64,000 bases of DNA from a phage. Every line of letters starts with the position of its first letter. Position 1 is the stretch's first letter. The notes under the pieces were generated by a model. That model searched no databases, had not been told where the DNA came from, and saw only the letters and a program-made list of their open reading frames with translations. A program made the position numbers and the translations under genes. This document shows, piece after piece, positions 28,047-37,902 of this stretch. Location: sequence record OZ346151.1. The stretch is one strand, 5' to 3'.

Positions 28047-29372
28047 ATGAGTAAAACCAAATTAGAACTAACCTGGATAGGTAAAAACGAGCGCAAAAAG
28101 TTAGAGCCGCACATTTTGTTAGAAGATTCTAGCAAGTCTTACCACAGCCAGAAAGTGACCGAAAACGATATTTTTGATAATAAACTGATTTTTGGAGATA
28201 ACTTATTAGCATTGAAGGCGCTAGAGCAAGAGTATGCAGGCAAAGTGAAGTGTGTTTACATAGACCCGCCATTCAATACCGGGAGGGCTTTTGAGCACTA
28301 CGATGATAGCCTGGAGCATTCCATTTGGCTGGGCTTAATGAGGGATAGGTTAGAAATAATTCGTAATCTTCTAAGTGATGATGGGGTAATATTCGTTCAC
28401 TTAGATGATTGCGAAATGGCGTATTTAAAAGTTTTGATGGACGAGATTTTTGGTCGTGCAAATCAGTTAAATACCATATCGATGACCACAAATTCCCCTT
28501 CGGGATTTAAGGCAACAGGAGCCACAGTTTTCTCCACAGCAAACTTTTTGCTTGTATATGCAAAAGATCGCACCCAGAAACCGCTTAATAAAATCTATAT
28601 ACCTAAAGGGTACGATACAGGATATAACAAATACCTATTAAACCCGGATGACCATTATAAAAATTGGACGTGGTGCAGTATTGCCGATGCGTTTGCAAAG
28701 GCCAATGGCTATAAGGATGCAAAAGAAGCCAAGAAAAAACTGCCTGACACATTCGATGATGAATTAGCACAATTCGCAATTGATAATGCAGAACGTGTAT
28801 TTCAATCTGTTGCAATTGGTGGTGGTGCTAAAATAAAGAGAAAAGAAACTATCGAGAAGTCAAAGAAAGATAGGGATAAGGTTTATGTACATCCAAATGA
28901 GGATGTTGAAGGATTTTATATCGCAAATGGTAGGCAAATGGTCTTTTACTCCAATAGGCTTTTGGAAATTGACGGTGAGATGCAACCTGCGGAACTAATA
29001 ACTGATGTTTGGACAGACATTAGTTGGAATGGAATAGCAAATGAAGGCGGCGTTAGTTTCAAAAATGGGAAAAAACCAGAAGCGCTTTTGAAGCGGATTT
29101 TCGAAATGTGTACGCGAGAAGGCGATTTGGTATTGGATTCATTCGGTGGTTCGGGAACTACTGCTGCTGTAGCTCACAAGATGAAAAGACGTTGGATCTC
29201 AATCGAGCTAGGTGATCATTGTCATACCCATATTATTCCGCGCTTGGAAAAAGTGATCGATGGCGAAGATCAAGGTGGTATTTCTAAGTCTGTAAGCTGG
29301 CAAGGTGGTGGTGGCTTCCGTTATTACAAACTCACCCCGGCCTTAGTTGCGAAAGATAAGTCTGATCAATAA
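28047..29372 (+). CDS. DNA methyltransferase, N6-adenine/N4-cytosine class (beta-type, Mod-like)
   Basis: Motif IV VYIDPPF precedes motif I DLVLDSFGGSGTT; AAGGAG RBS; no restriction endonuclease gene adjacent. Confidence 0.8.
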   Translation: MSKTKLELTWIGKNERKKLEPHILLEDSSKSYHSQKVTENDIFDNKLIFGDNLLALKALEQEYAGKVKCVYIDPPFNTGRAFEHYDDSLEHSIWLGLMRDRLEIIRNLLSDDGVIFVHLDDCEMAYLKVLMDEIFGRANQLNTISMTTNSPSGFKATGATVFSTANFLLVYAKDRTQKPLNKIYIPKGYDTGYNKYLLNPDDHYKNWTWCSIADAFAKANGYKDAKEAKKKLPDTFDDELAQFAIDNAERVFQSVAIGGGAKIKRKETIEKSKKDRDKVYVHPNEDVEGFYIANGRQMVFYSNRLLEIDGEMQPAELITDVWTDISWNGIANEGGVSFKNGKKPEALLKRIFEMCTREGDLVLDSFGGSGTTAAVAHKMKRRWISIELGDHCHTHIIPRLEKVIDGEDQGGISKSVSWQGGGGFRYYKLTPALVAKDKSDQ

Positions 29373-29385
29373 AGAGTACAATCAA

Positions 29386-29691
29386 ATGATGAAACGTTAT
29401 AAACCATACACTTTTGAAATCGATTTCGAACTTGACGATATGTTCACTGTGGAAGCTCAGGCAGTTGTCCAGTTGCCAGACCCAGAGTGTCGTGATTCTG
29501 ATGTTGACTATTATGGATTTAGACAGATCACTGATGTGCATGTTTACCACAACGGTGAAGAGGTGGACTTCCACCAATTGCCAAACGATATGCGCCACTC
29601 AATTTACAAACGTGCAGCCCGTGAACTAGAGTCCTATCTGGATGCAGCGACGACAGCAGCTGCATTTGCTGAAGAAGTGGGAGGTTTCTGA
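29386..29691 (+). CDS. hypothetical protein (about 101 aa)
   Basis: First in-frame ATG after the methyltransferase stop. Confidence 0.4.
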   Translation: MMKRYKPYTFEIDFELDDMFTVEAQAVVQLPDPECRDSDVDYYGFRQITDVHVYHNGEEVDFHQLPNDMRHSIYKRAARELESYLDAATTAAAFAEEVGGF

Positions 29692-30086
29692 TGATTACAG
29701 GTGTGAAGATTATCCAATACCACTTAACCAAATTGGAAGATGCTGAAAAAGAGCTTGCAGAAGTTCTAAATAGTGGATATACTTTGCTATCATGCGCCTG
29801 CTCAGACACCTACGCTGTGTGGACACTTATCCGGAAGGAGGAGCCTGCAGGGATCTTGGTGCCAAACCCTAAGATTATCAGTGAAGTGGATGACTGCTCT
29901 CAGGACGGCCTGTCAGAAGACTGGGAAGCATGGGAAGGTGGTGAAAACCCTGCACCAGGTAAGTGGGTAAAATACAAACTACGTAGCGGTGCACAGCACG
30001 CTGGATACTCTGATAACCTGGACTGGAGTCATTCTTCACCGGAATCATTGGTAAGTGCATATGATATCGTTGCTTTTCAGGAATAA
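29691..30086 (+). CDS. hypothetical protein (131 aa)
   Basis: ATG after GGAGG; overlaps upstream stop. Confidence 0.45.
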   Translation: MITGVKIIQYHLTKLEDAEKELAEVLNSGYTLLSCACSDTYAVWTLIRKEEPAGILVPNPKIISEVDDCSQDGLSEDWEAWEGGENPAPGKWVKYKLRSGAQHAGYSDNLDWSHSSPESLVSAYDIVAFQE

Positions 30087-30098
30087 GGAGAGAGTGTT

Positions 30099-30581
30099 AT
30101 GTCAGATTTTATGTGGAAAGTAGGTTATGCCTCTCCTGAAATGTGCGAGGCTTGCTTTGTAAAAATAGGCCGCGAGGATATTGACAAAGTGATCTTTAAG
30201 TTTCGTGATGTATCTGTGATCGGCAACCGAGTGCTTAAGCACTTAAAGAATCTGAAGCTCACCAAAAAGAAGTTCTTCGGACTTTTCGAAGAGAAAGTTG
30301 ATGCTTGGACCCATTGCATTCAGGAAGCTAAATCTCACTACAGTGCTATCGTTACCCCAGAACGGGTAGCCAAGATGGAAGGATTCATCAACAGCACAGA
30401 GTTTGAGTGCCTAAAGGCTGCCCTTAATAGTTATCCAAAGTGCCTCAAACACCTTGACAAGTATGTAGAAAAGGATGGGGAAATGTATCTCACCCTGGAC
30501 GCATATTATGAGATGCAAGAAATTTTAAATTTAGATTTGACATTGGTATCCACCGAGTATACAATAGGTATCCGGGTTTAA
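30099..30581 (+). CDS. hypothetical protein (160 aa)
   Basis: AAGGAGAGAG RBS then ATG. Confidence 0.5.
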   Translation: MSDFMWKVGYASPEMCEACFVKIGREDIDKVIFKFRDVSVIGNRVLKHLKNLKLTKKKFFGLFEEKVDAWTHCIQEAKSHYSAIVTPERVAKMEGFINSTEFECLKAALNSYPKCLKHLDKYVEKDGEMYLTLDAYYEMQEILNLDLTLVSTEYTIGIRV

Positions 30582-30587
30582 CACTAG

Positions 30588-30614
30588 GCCCTGCCCGAAA
30601 GGGTGGGGCTTTTT
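30588..30614 (+). terminator. rho-independent terminator (copy 1 of a repeated terminator)
   Basis: GCCCTGCCCGAAAGGGTGGGG hairpin followed by CTTTTTG; near-identical copy at 41575. Confidence 0.6.
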
Positions 30615-30632
30615 GCATTAGGAGACAGCAAA

Positions 30633-31397
30633 TTGAAATTTATCTACAAAGAACACTACCACAAAGGTGTTGTGTGGAGTCTATTTGACGGGTCTGGTGG
30701 TGCAGTCATTGACTGGGCAAAAGCTGGGTACCTGTGCCTGTGCTTTAATGCAGAAGGCGCTGATCACGGCAGTTATGCAGAGGTTATAACCGATCATCCC
30801 AACATTCACTATGTGGATTATTGGATTGACCCATGGTTCCCTCAGGAAACTTTTTGCATGTACCCAGCTCCAGACTTTATTCTTGCATTTCCTCCGTGCA
30901 CGCATTTAGCGGTATCAGGTGCTGCACATTTTAAGAAAAAGCTGGCTAAGGACCCTCTGATCCAAATTAATGCCGTAAAGGATGCTCGGGTTGCGGAAGA
31001 GCTGGGAGAGATTTACGATTGCCCGTGGCATGTAGAGAATCCTGTGGGTGTTATGTCCACACTGTGGCGCAAACCTGATTACCGTTTTCATCCTTCTGAC
31101 TATGGTGGGTATTTACCGGAGGATGATGTAAACCCTTGGTTTCCTGAATTTATAGCTCCACGTGATGCCTATCCAAAAATAACTTGCGGCTGGATAGGTA
31201 ATGGATTTATAATCCCGCCCACAAAACCTGTCCCGCAAATAGTTGACGCGGTTAGCGGGTATTCTATGCAACACGCCAAGCTGGGTGGAAAGAGTGCAAG
31301 AACGAAGATGATTCGAAGTCTCACACCACGTGGCTGGGCAAAAGCCGTATTCTTAGCAAACGAGCCTGTAGTAAGGAGCAGAATTAATGGGAAGTAA
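30633..31397 (+). CDS. DNA cytosine-5 methyltransferase-like protein (about 254 aa)
   Basis: Motif I-like SLFDGSGG, motif IV-like FPPC (catalytic Cys), motif VI-like VENPVG; likely TTG start after AGGAGA; unusually short for a C5-MTase. Confidence 0.45.
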   Translation: MKFIYKEHYHKGVVWSLFDGSGGAVIDWAKAGYLCLCFNAEGADHGSYAEVITDHPNIHYVDYWIDPWFPQETFCMYPAPDFILAFPPCTHLAVSGAAHFKKKLAKDPLIQINAVKDARVAEELGEIYDCPWHVENPVGVMSTLWRKPDYRFHPSDYGGYLPEDDVNPWFPEFIAPRDAYPKITCGWIGNGFIIPPTKPVPQIVDAVSGYSMQHAKLGGKSARTKMIRSLTPRGWAKAVFLANEPVVRSRINGK

Positions 31398-33465
31398 ATT
31401 TATGGCATCTGCATACAACCGTTTCGGTGAGCCAAACCCGAAAGCAACTAAGTATAAAAGTGGGGGGAGTGTGAAACGAGACTATCGTGATGAAAAAGAA
31501 GTTGAAACTGTAGAGACTGTTTTAGAAAATACTAAAATTGTCCCTGTCCCACAACAAAATATCGGTCTGATGGCTGCACAATATTTTGGTGTGCGATCAG
31601 CATTGTCCCAAGAAGACGGTGTGACAGTCACTGCAACATATTTCCCATATTACGACCGCTACGGAAATCTGTCTGGTTTCAAAAAGCGTGACTGGACTAT
31701 TCCTAAAGAGCAAAGGGGCCATTTCTCCGTTGTTGGCATCGTAAAGGCCAACTCCCAGATGTTTGGTCAAAAGCTGTGTGCATCTTCCAACAACCGTAAG
31801 CAGATTAATGTTTGTGAGGGAGAAGGTGATGTTATTGCAGCATGGCAGGCTGCATATCAAATACAAGTAAAAGGGATTCTCACCAACGCTAAAGCCCCGG
31901 CAAAGGTGAAACAGTGGGCTAAAGAGGTCCAGGACGGGATCGATGCAGTTATCAACGGGGGTGATTTGGCAGGAAAACCCTGCCTGCCTTTTGTTGGAAT
32001 TAACTGTGGATGTGCAAACGCAGTAGATACTTTTGCAAACAATGAGAAATTTATCCGTAGCTACGGAACAGTGGTCCTTGCAATGGACAACGATGCGGCT
32101 AACGAGGTAGAGAAGCAAAAACACGTTATCAAAGGTGTTGAAGCCACACATAATATTGCAGCATTTTTGATGGCTGACAACGTTTACCACGTGGAATATC
32201 CTGGCGAGGTAAACGACCCTGATGGTGTAAAAGATATCCGTGACATGCTGAAGGCTAAAAAGCTGGAAGATATTGTAAACATGTTCCGGCATCCTGTTAA
32301 GTATGTGCCTGATGCTGTGTCGGATTTAGAAGACTTCTCTATCGAATCTTTGCGGAAAAAGACTTCCAACGGGGTAGATATCAGCGCAGAGTTTCCAAAA
32401 CTGCAAAAAATGCTAAAAGGCTTGCACAAAGGGACACTCGTAATGCTTACAGGTCCATCAGGAGGTGGTAAAACAACTGTAGCCAAAAAACTGGAACACT
32501 GTATTGCAAGATACCTAATGGACCCGACATGTCCAAAGGCCGATGACTACGAAGAGGATGATCGTCTATGCATGATTCATCTTGAGGAGGACCCAGAGGA
32601 AGCAATTAACTCCTTGTATGCAAACCAGTTAGGGTTTGATGTTAAAGAGTTTGTTGAAGATCCTAGCCAGTTTTTAACTGATCAAGAACATGCAGAGATT
32701 CACCAATCATGGGCAAAAGCTGGAAAAATCAAAGTGTTCAAACATTTCGGGTCTATTCCAGTGGACGAGTTGATTACCAAGCTTAAGCAAATGGTTTGCC
32801 TGTACCATTGTCGCTATATTGTGCTGGATCACCTGTCTATGGTAATTTCAGGGCTTAATGTTAAAGATGAGCGAAAAGAACTGGACATGGCTATGACTCA
32901 GCTGGCTGCGTTTTGTAAGCAGTTTAACGTGTTTATCTTGGTGATCGCTCACCTCAAACGTACAGAGATTGTGCCTCCTAAGGACAAGGATGGTAACCCA
33001 TTACCTTTCTGGTATCCTGTGCGAAAAGAGAATTTGCGAGGATCGGCTGGGCTTGAACAGTTGAGTTGGGTAGTCATAGGTGTCGAGGCCGAAGAAATGG
33101 TGGATCGTTCTCGTGGGCGTGTCCGTCTGGTAGGTCTTAAAAACCGTCCAGCAAAAACTTTAGGTATTGCTGACACTTTAGTTATGGACCCACATACAGG
33201 TAAGTTCCATGATGCCAGTAATTGGTACTGGGACAAAGAAATGCAGATGTTTACAGACGGAGAAGGTGGGGAGGTTGTTTGGAGACCTCAGGCCATGTTT
33301 GAGGACCAAGAGCATGCAGTTGTAGAAACACCTATGGGCAAGGTTGTAGCCGATAAGGTTGTAACTCCTACTATTAAGCCTGTTGACACGCAGGAAGACC
33401 TTCAGTACGATGATCCATCCTCTGATCCGGTCCCCGGTTTTGAGGATGATGAAACACCTTTTTAA
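31387..33465 (+). CDS. bifunctional DNA primase-helicase (toprim plus DnaB-like SF4 helicase, T7 gp4-like)
   Basis: Toprim acidic motif VVLAMDNDAAN; Walker A LTGPSGGGKT; Walker B-like YIVLDHLSMV; 692 aa. Confidence 0.8.
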   Translation: MGSKFMASAYNRFGEPNPKATKYKSGGSVKRDYRDEKEVETVETVLENTKIVPVPQQNIGLMAAQYFGVRSALSQEDGVTVTATYFPYYDRYGNLSGFKKRDWTIPKEQRGHFSVVGIVKANSQMFGQKLCASSNNRKQINVCEGEGDVIAAWQAAYQIQVKGILTNAKAPAKVKQWAKEVQDGIDAVINGGDLAGKPCLPFVGINCGCANAVDTFANNEKFIRSYGTVVLAMDNDAANEVEKQKHVIKGVEATHNIAAFLMADNVYHVEYPGEVNDPDGVKDIRDMLKAKKLEDIVNMFRHPVKYVPDAVSDLEDFSIESLRKKTSNGVDISAEFPKLQKMLKGLHKGTLVMLTGPSGGGKTTVAKKLEHCIARYLMDPTCPKADDYEEDDRLCMIHLEEDPEEAINSLYANQLGFDVKEFVEDPSQFLTDQEHAEIHQSWAKAGKIKVFKHFGSIPVDELITKLKQMVCLYHCRYIVLDHLSMVISGLNVKDERKELDMAMTQLAAFCKQFNVFILVIAHLKRTEIVPPKDKDGNPLPFWYPVRKENLRGSAGLEQLSWVVIGVEAEEMVDRSRGRVRLVGLKNRPAKTLGIADTLVMDPHTGKFHDASNWYWDKEMQMFTDGEGGEVVWRPQAMFEDQEHAVVETPMGKVVADKVVTPTIKPVDTQEDLQYDDPSSDPVPGFEDDETPF

Positions 33466-33523
33466 TGTTTAACAAAGAGTGGGAGGGGTAGTACAACCGC
33501 CTCCCCTTTAAGGAGAACTGTAT

Positions 33524-35953
33524 ATGAGCATGTGGTCGTTCGACTTTGAGTCATCCGGTTTGCTGGAAGACCCAGATCTTTATTATCACTGCGGCCTGTT
33601 TAAAGAGCTGAATAAGAACCGTTTTATGCTGTTCCTTCCTCTAAATGACCGCACACACTACTCCGAGGAGGATATAGAAAAGGCTAAGAACTTCATTCTG
33701 GCAAAGAAAACTCTTTATAAAGATTTTGAAGTTCGCATAGCAGATTTTTCAGAGTTGGAAGGTTGGCTTACAGGAAATTCTGACTGGTCACCAACAGCTT
33801 TGAACTGCCATAACTGCTACAGTTATGACTTTATGCTGATGGAAAGATTATCTGGTATTCATTTTGATATGTTCCGTGATCCTAAGTGTATGGGGACTAT
33901 CAACGATCACCAGGTTAACCTGTTTGATACGTTGGCGATGAGCCGAATCTTGTGGCCTGATCGCCCTTTACCAAAAGGTTGTCCGGACTCTGTATTCAAC
34001 CCGGTTACTAAGAAAATGCAGCCTGTTGGTCCTCACGGCCTTATGGCATGGGGCTACGCCCTTGGTAACCAGAAAGTTCAAATTGATGACTGGCGCGATC
34101 TTCCGTTATGGAAGTATGTGGATCGTGTATTTGAGGACGTTATCATCCAGGAGCTGCTCTGGAAAGAGCTGGTAGCGGAATCAAAAGGTGTATTCTACGG
34201 CAAATCTGACATGCAGAACTTTATGTACGATCCTGCCAAAGAGAAGCCGAAAGGGTTCAAGAAGATCACCTGGAAGAACGCATTACGTCGAGGCATGTTG
34301 CAGCACTTCCTGATGGAGCTGCAGGCCCGTCAGGGTGTATACTTCGACATAGATGGGGCTATTGCTTTACGTGACCGCTGCGATGCGTGGATGAAAGAGA
34401 TCGCTGATCGTGTTGAACCACAACTGCCTTTAAAAGAGCTGTCAATGTCTCAGCGGCCCAAGTTCCCTGAAAAGCCGTTTAACCAAGATGGGACAATCTC
34501 TAATAATGGTTGGAAATGGTTAAAAGATAAGCTTGGCTATCCTGTGGACATGAGTGCTTTAGAGTTCAAAGCCCCACCTAAGCGAGCATTTACCTCTACA
34601 GGAGATGTCAGTAAGATGGGGATAAAATGGTGTGAAGAGATGGGCTGCAAAGACCACGATAAGATGGCTGATTTCTTGAGAGGTTATATTAAGGGCACCT
34701 CCACACCACAACCTTTACCTAAAGAGCTGATGGATCAGGCAATAAGCGATCTGCAACAGAAGCGAATGCCTGACTGCAAGATACCTATGAAAATCAGCAA
34801 TCAGGACGACATTAAGCGATACCTGATCAGTGCTGGTTGGCTTCCGACAATGTGGAGAACTAAGGATGTAACTAAGGACAGCAAGAAGAAAGCTCTACCT
34901 GATGCAGATGTTGATGCACGAGTATATGCATACATGGACGAGCTTTTAGAGTCAGAGTATTGTGACCTAATTATCAACTTCTGGAACAAAACTGATGCTA
35001 AGTTTCAGACAACAGTGCACAAGTTCCGAAGCTTTCCTAACTCCGAAAGGATTAAAAAGGAAGTGTTCGGGAAAATACGCAGAAAAGCCAGGGCACTTAT
35101 TACTTCTCCGCAACTGAAAGATACGTTTGGACACCTATGTCCGAATCTTGAAAAATTGAACGGAGAGATGGCTAAAGATATCGTCTTGTGGTTATCATTG
35201 CGAAACCGCAGATCGGTCCTTGATCCAATCAAGGAGGATAAGGTTGATACTGGTCTTCTTAATCACCCACGTTTGAAGATTGACCATAAGCTTCCTGCTA
35301 AAAGCTCTGGATTAACAAACACTTCCCGACAGAAACACAGTATTTGTGCAAACATGCCTAAACCATCTCCTAAAGTGGTTATGGGTAAAGAGATGCGTAG
35401 CTTGTGGGGTGTTCCTCCTGGATACTTTGAGATCGGTATTGACGGGTCCAACTTAGAGCAGCTTATCGGGGCTTGGGGTGCCTTTGAGTTCGACAACGGC
35501 TTGTACTATGATGTTGTAAGTAACGGGGACGCACACCAAAACAATGCTGAGGCATATACAAAAGTAGCAGGCAGAGAGGTGTCTCGTAACGACGGTAAAC
35601 CTATCACGTATGGGGTTATGTACGGGGCACAAAAAGATAAAGTTGCAGATATGCTGGATATCTCCCCAGAGTTGGGGCAAAGGGTGATCGATGCACTTTG
35701 GGATGCCAACCCAGGTCTTAAGGGGCGCAAAGAGGATCTGGAGAAATTCTGGGAAGCAACAGGTAAGAAGTTTATCTACTCTTTTGATGGTCATGCTATC
35801 TGGACCCGATCTAAACACTCTTTACTTAATGCATACCAACAAAATGGCGGCGCATCGTTGTGTGACTTAGTTGGGATACTCATGCACCATCAAATGGTGA
35901 AGCGTGGGTGGTACGATGAAGGTGTTCGTCGTATTATCTATTACCATAAATAA
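33524..35953 (+). CDS. family A DNA polymerase, 5' exon (unspliced reading frame ends at 35953)
   Basis: 3'-5' exonuclease Exo I FDFES near N-terminus; motif A EIGIDGSNLEQL and motif B RNDGKPITYGVMYGAQ (cf. T7 RDNAKTFIYGFLYGAG); frame stops 1-2 codons into the intron. Confidence 0.8.
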   Translation: MSMWSFDFESSGLLEDPDLYYHCGLFKELNKNRFMLFLPLNDRTHYSEEDIEKAKNFILAKKTLYKDFEVRIADFSELEGWLTGNSDWSPTALNCHNCYSYDFMLMERLSGIHFDMFRDPKCMGTINDHQVNLFDTLAMSRILWPDRPLPKGCPDSVFNPVTKKMQPVGPHGLMAWGYALGNQKVQIDDWRDLPLWKYVDRVFEDVIIQELLWKELVAESKGVFYGKSDMQNFMYDPAKEKPKGFKKITWKNALRRGMLQHFLMELQARQGVYFDIDGAIALRDRCDAWMKEIADRVEPQLPLKELSMSQRPKFPEKPFNQDGTISNNGWKWLKDKLGYPVDMSALEFKAPPKRAFTSTGDVSKMGIKWCEEMGCKDHDKMADFLRGYIKGTSTPQPLPKELMDQAISDLQQKRMPDCKIPMKISNQDDIKRYLISAGWLPTMWRTKDVTKDSKKKALPDADVDARVYAYMDELLESEYCDLIINFWNKTDAKFQTTVHKFRSFPNSERIKKEVFGKIRRKARALITSPQLKDTFGHLCPNLEKLNGEMAKDIVLWLSLRNRRSVLDPIKEDKVDTGLLNHPRLKIDHKLPAKSSGLTNTSRQKHSICANMPKPSPKVVMGKEMRSLWGVPPGYFEIGIDGSNLEQLIGAWGAFEFDNGLYYDVVSNGDAHQNNAEAYTKVAGREVSRNDGKPITYGVMYGAQKDKVADMLDISPELGQRVIDALWDANPGLKGRKEDLEKFWEATGKKFIYSFDGHAIWTRSKHSLLNAYQQNGGASLCDLVGILMHHQMVKRGWYDEGVRRIIYYHK

Positions 35954-36765
35954 CATTGTGGCTTCGTGCAGTGATGCACGTCGAAAACCTCTTTAATTGA
36001 CGGGAAGGCTAAGTTGACTTTTACACCTAAACATGGTAAAAGCTCAATATGCTAATCCGCAGCGAAGACTAAAGGGGTGTAGTTAAAATGGCTAGATCAG
36101 TTGAGTATCACGGATATACCGTGTTTGATGATGGAACAATACCTTTATCGAAACGTGATCATACAACAATGTTTTGTTTTGATAATGGTCGAGGTTACCT
36201 TTGCGTAACCATGTTCATCGAGGGGAAGCAGTGCACAAAAGGTGTCCACCACTTGGTTGCTGAATGCTTTGTATCAAACCCTGATCCTGAAAGGCTCACA
36301 TGGGTGAACCATAAGGACGGAAACAAATACAACAATGCATACTGGAACCTTGAATGGACCACCCCTGGTGGAAATATCAAACACGCTTATGATAATGACC
36401 TCAGAGTAAGGCCAGTCGGTGAGTATAATGCCAACGCTGTACTGACCGAGGATGAGGTAACGGAGATTTGCGAACTGTTACAAAGTGGTTTACGACAATG
36501 CGAGATTAGGGATCTTGGGTATCCTTATGAGACGGTCAGAGCCATAAAGCAAAGAAGACAGTGGAAACATATCTCTAAAAACTACACCTGGTAGTAACGT
36601 TCAGAGACTATCGAAAGCATAGCGCCAACATAAATTGGTGCGAAGAAGCGAGTAGAGTAGACCAGCAAGTGCGGTCGAAATGGGAGGTGCCTTGGTAACA
36701 AGGTAGTGAGATAGTCCGATCCATACAGGAAACTGTATGGCTGTGCACGTAATGGTGCGGGGTAG
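35948..36765 (+). mobile_element. group I self-splicing intron (boundaries approximate) carrying an HNH homing endonuclease ORF
   Basis: Core elements present: P-like AATTGACGGGAAGG (about 35997), Q AATCCGCAGC (about 36053), R GTTCAGAGACTAT (about 36597), S GAGATAGTCC (about 36708); ORF sits between Q and R; downstream exon has no start codon. Confidence 0.65.
36088..36594 (+). CDS. HNH homing endonuclease (intron-encoded)
   Basis: HNH motif HHLVAECF...VNHKDGNKYNNAYWNLEWTT typical of phage intron HNH_3 endonucleases; own RBS. Confidence 0.75.
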   Translation: MARSVEYHGYTVFDDGTIPLSKRDHTTMFCFDNGRGYLCVTMFIEGKQCTKGVHHLVAECFVSNPDPERLTWVNHKDGNKYNNAYWNLEWTTPGGNIKHAYDNDLRVRPVGEYNANAVLTEDEVTEICELLQSGLRQCEIRDLGYPYETVRAIKQRRQWKHISKNYTW

Positions 36766-37143
36766 CTTAACGACCTACCTGAACTATTGGATGAGTACCA
36801 ACTTCAAGTCCCTGACACACCGAAGTATAAGACTGTGTACACCTTCGACACAATCGAAGAACTGGAAGCATTTAAGGCAGAGCAGGAGGCCAAACTTCAT
36901 GTGTTCGACGGTCATAAGTACAAAAAGGCACGCAAGGATGAGGACGGAAACGAAGTGGTTGACAGAGACGGAAACACGGTGTACGATCCTATCCTGAACG
37001 ATGACGGAAAGCTTGAACTTATCTGGAGCCCTGTGGGTGAAATGGTGGTGCATTGCTTCTGGCAAGCTTCTAAAATGATGGGCGTCCCGTTCCAGATCAC
37101 GGGTGAATACCTGTGTGGTCGTAATTGGGGTGATTGTCACTAA
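36766..37143 (+). CDS. family A DNA polymerase, 3' exon (C-terminal about 125 aa)
   Basis: Frame open from just after the intron core with no in-frame ATG for about 100 codons; C-terminus GRNWGDCH matches Pol I/T7 Pol termini (GENWDQAH, GPNWAICH). Confidence 0.55.
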   Translation, partial: LNDLPELLDEYQLQVPDTPKYKTVYTFDTIEELEAFKAEQEAKLHVFDGHKYKKARKDEDGNEVVDRDGNTVYDPILNDDGKLELIWSPVGEMVVHCFWQASKMMGVPFQITGEYLCGRNWGDCH

Positions 37144-37192
37144 TGTAAACTATCAACACATGGAAGTGTTGTTGAGCAAAGAGGAGACTTTT

Positions 37193-37477
37193 ATGGTAGT
37201 AGAACCAACAAAAACATTTACATCCATGACTATCCCTGTTATTATGCAGGTGGAGTGTGTTCAGGTATCTCAAGTGTGGCCTGGCACCAAAATCCCGACA
37301 GGGCCTGATTTCTTTCAGGTTGGCAAAGTGTACAATGTCTGGAAGGCACCAGATTGTTACCCTTTCATCAAAGATGACCGTGGGATGCTGTGGTATCTTG
37401 GAAATGATTTGACACTGCACCTTGGGAATGCTATTATTGCAGTATTCAGACTTAACAAGAAGGAGACTGATCAATGA
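37193..37477 (+). CDS. hypothetical protein (about 94 aa)
   Basis: ATG after AGAGGAG. Confidence 0.4.
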   Translation: MVVEPTKTFTSMTIPVIMQVECVQVSQVWPGTKIPTGPDFFQVGKVYNVWKAPDCYPFIKDDRGMLWYLGNDLTLHLGNAIIAVFRLNKKETDQ

Positions 37478-37701
37478 CGACTTTGGTTAAAGCTACCTTT
37501 GTAGAAGAAAAGATGACAGACCTGTCATTCTTTAAAGAAGGAAAGACCTACGAGGTTTATTACGATAAAGCTCGTGCAAATAAAATGATTAAAGACGAGG
37601 AAGGGGTTGCCTGGTTTATCTCCCATCTGGCAAACGGTGAGTATCATATCTACGGAACCACCCTGCTTGCCAAGTTTGTAGCTGTTGAAGAGGACCTATG
37701 A
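37474..37701 (+). CDS. hypothetical protein (75 aa)
   Basis: AGGAGA RBS; overlapping stop/start. Confidence 0.45.
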   Translation: MTTLVKATFVEEKMTDLSFFKEGKTYEVYYDKARANKMIKDEEGVAWFISHLANGEYHIYGTTLLAKFVAVEEDL

Positions 37702-37892
37702 AAGTAAAGTATCTGGCTGAGGGTATGAGTAGGTATTTCACCCTTGGTGAAGAATATTGGCCATTTACAAGCAACGGCGATGTCTACGTGAAAGATAATT
37801 TCGGCACGCCATGGTTTTTGCACCCTAACGGGTTAGGGTATTCTATTTATCGCAGTGCAATGAGCGACACAACCCTTGCAGAGTTTGTATAG
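37698..37892 (+). CDS. hypothetical protein (64 aa)
   Basis: GAGGA RBS; overlapping stop/start. Confidence 0.4.
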   Translation: MKVKYLAEGMSRYFTLGEEYWPFTSNGDVYVKDNFGTPWFLHPNGLGYSIYRSAMSDTTLAEFV

Positions 37893-37902
37893 AGGAGGTA
37901 GA

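Noticed and set aside
31597-32486. 231-aa and 100-aa - strand ORFs antisense to the primase-helicase gene
   Set aside because: Contained within a + strand gene carrying toprim and Walker motifs; Cys/Phe-rich nonsense-like composition.
36787-37143. Stand-alone 118-aa gene as given by the ORF track
   Set aside because: The frame has no in-frame ATG for about 100 codons and no RBS, follows the intron core elements and ends with a polymerase-type C-terminus; reinterpreted as the 3' exon of the DNA polymerase.
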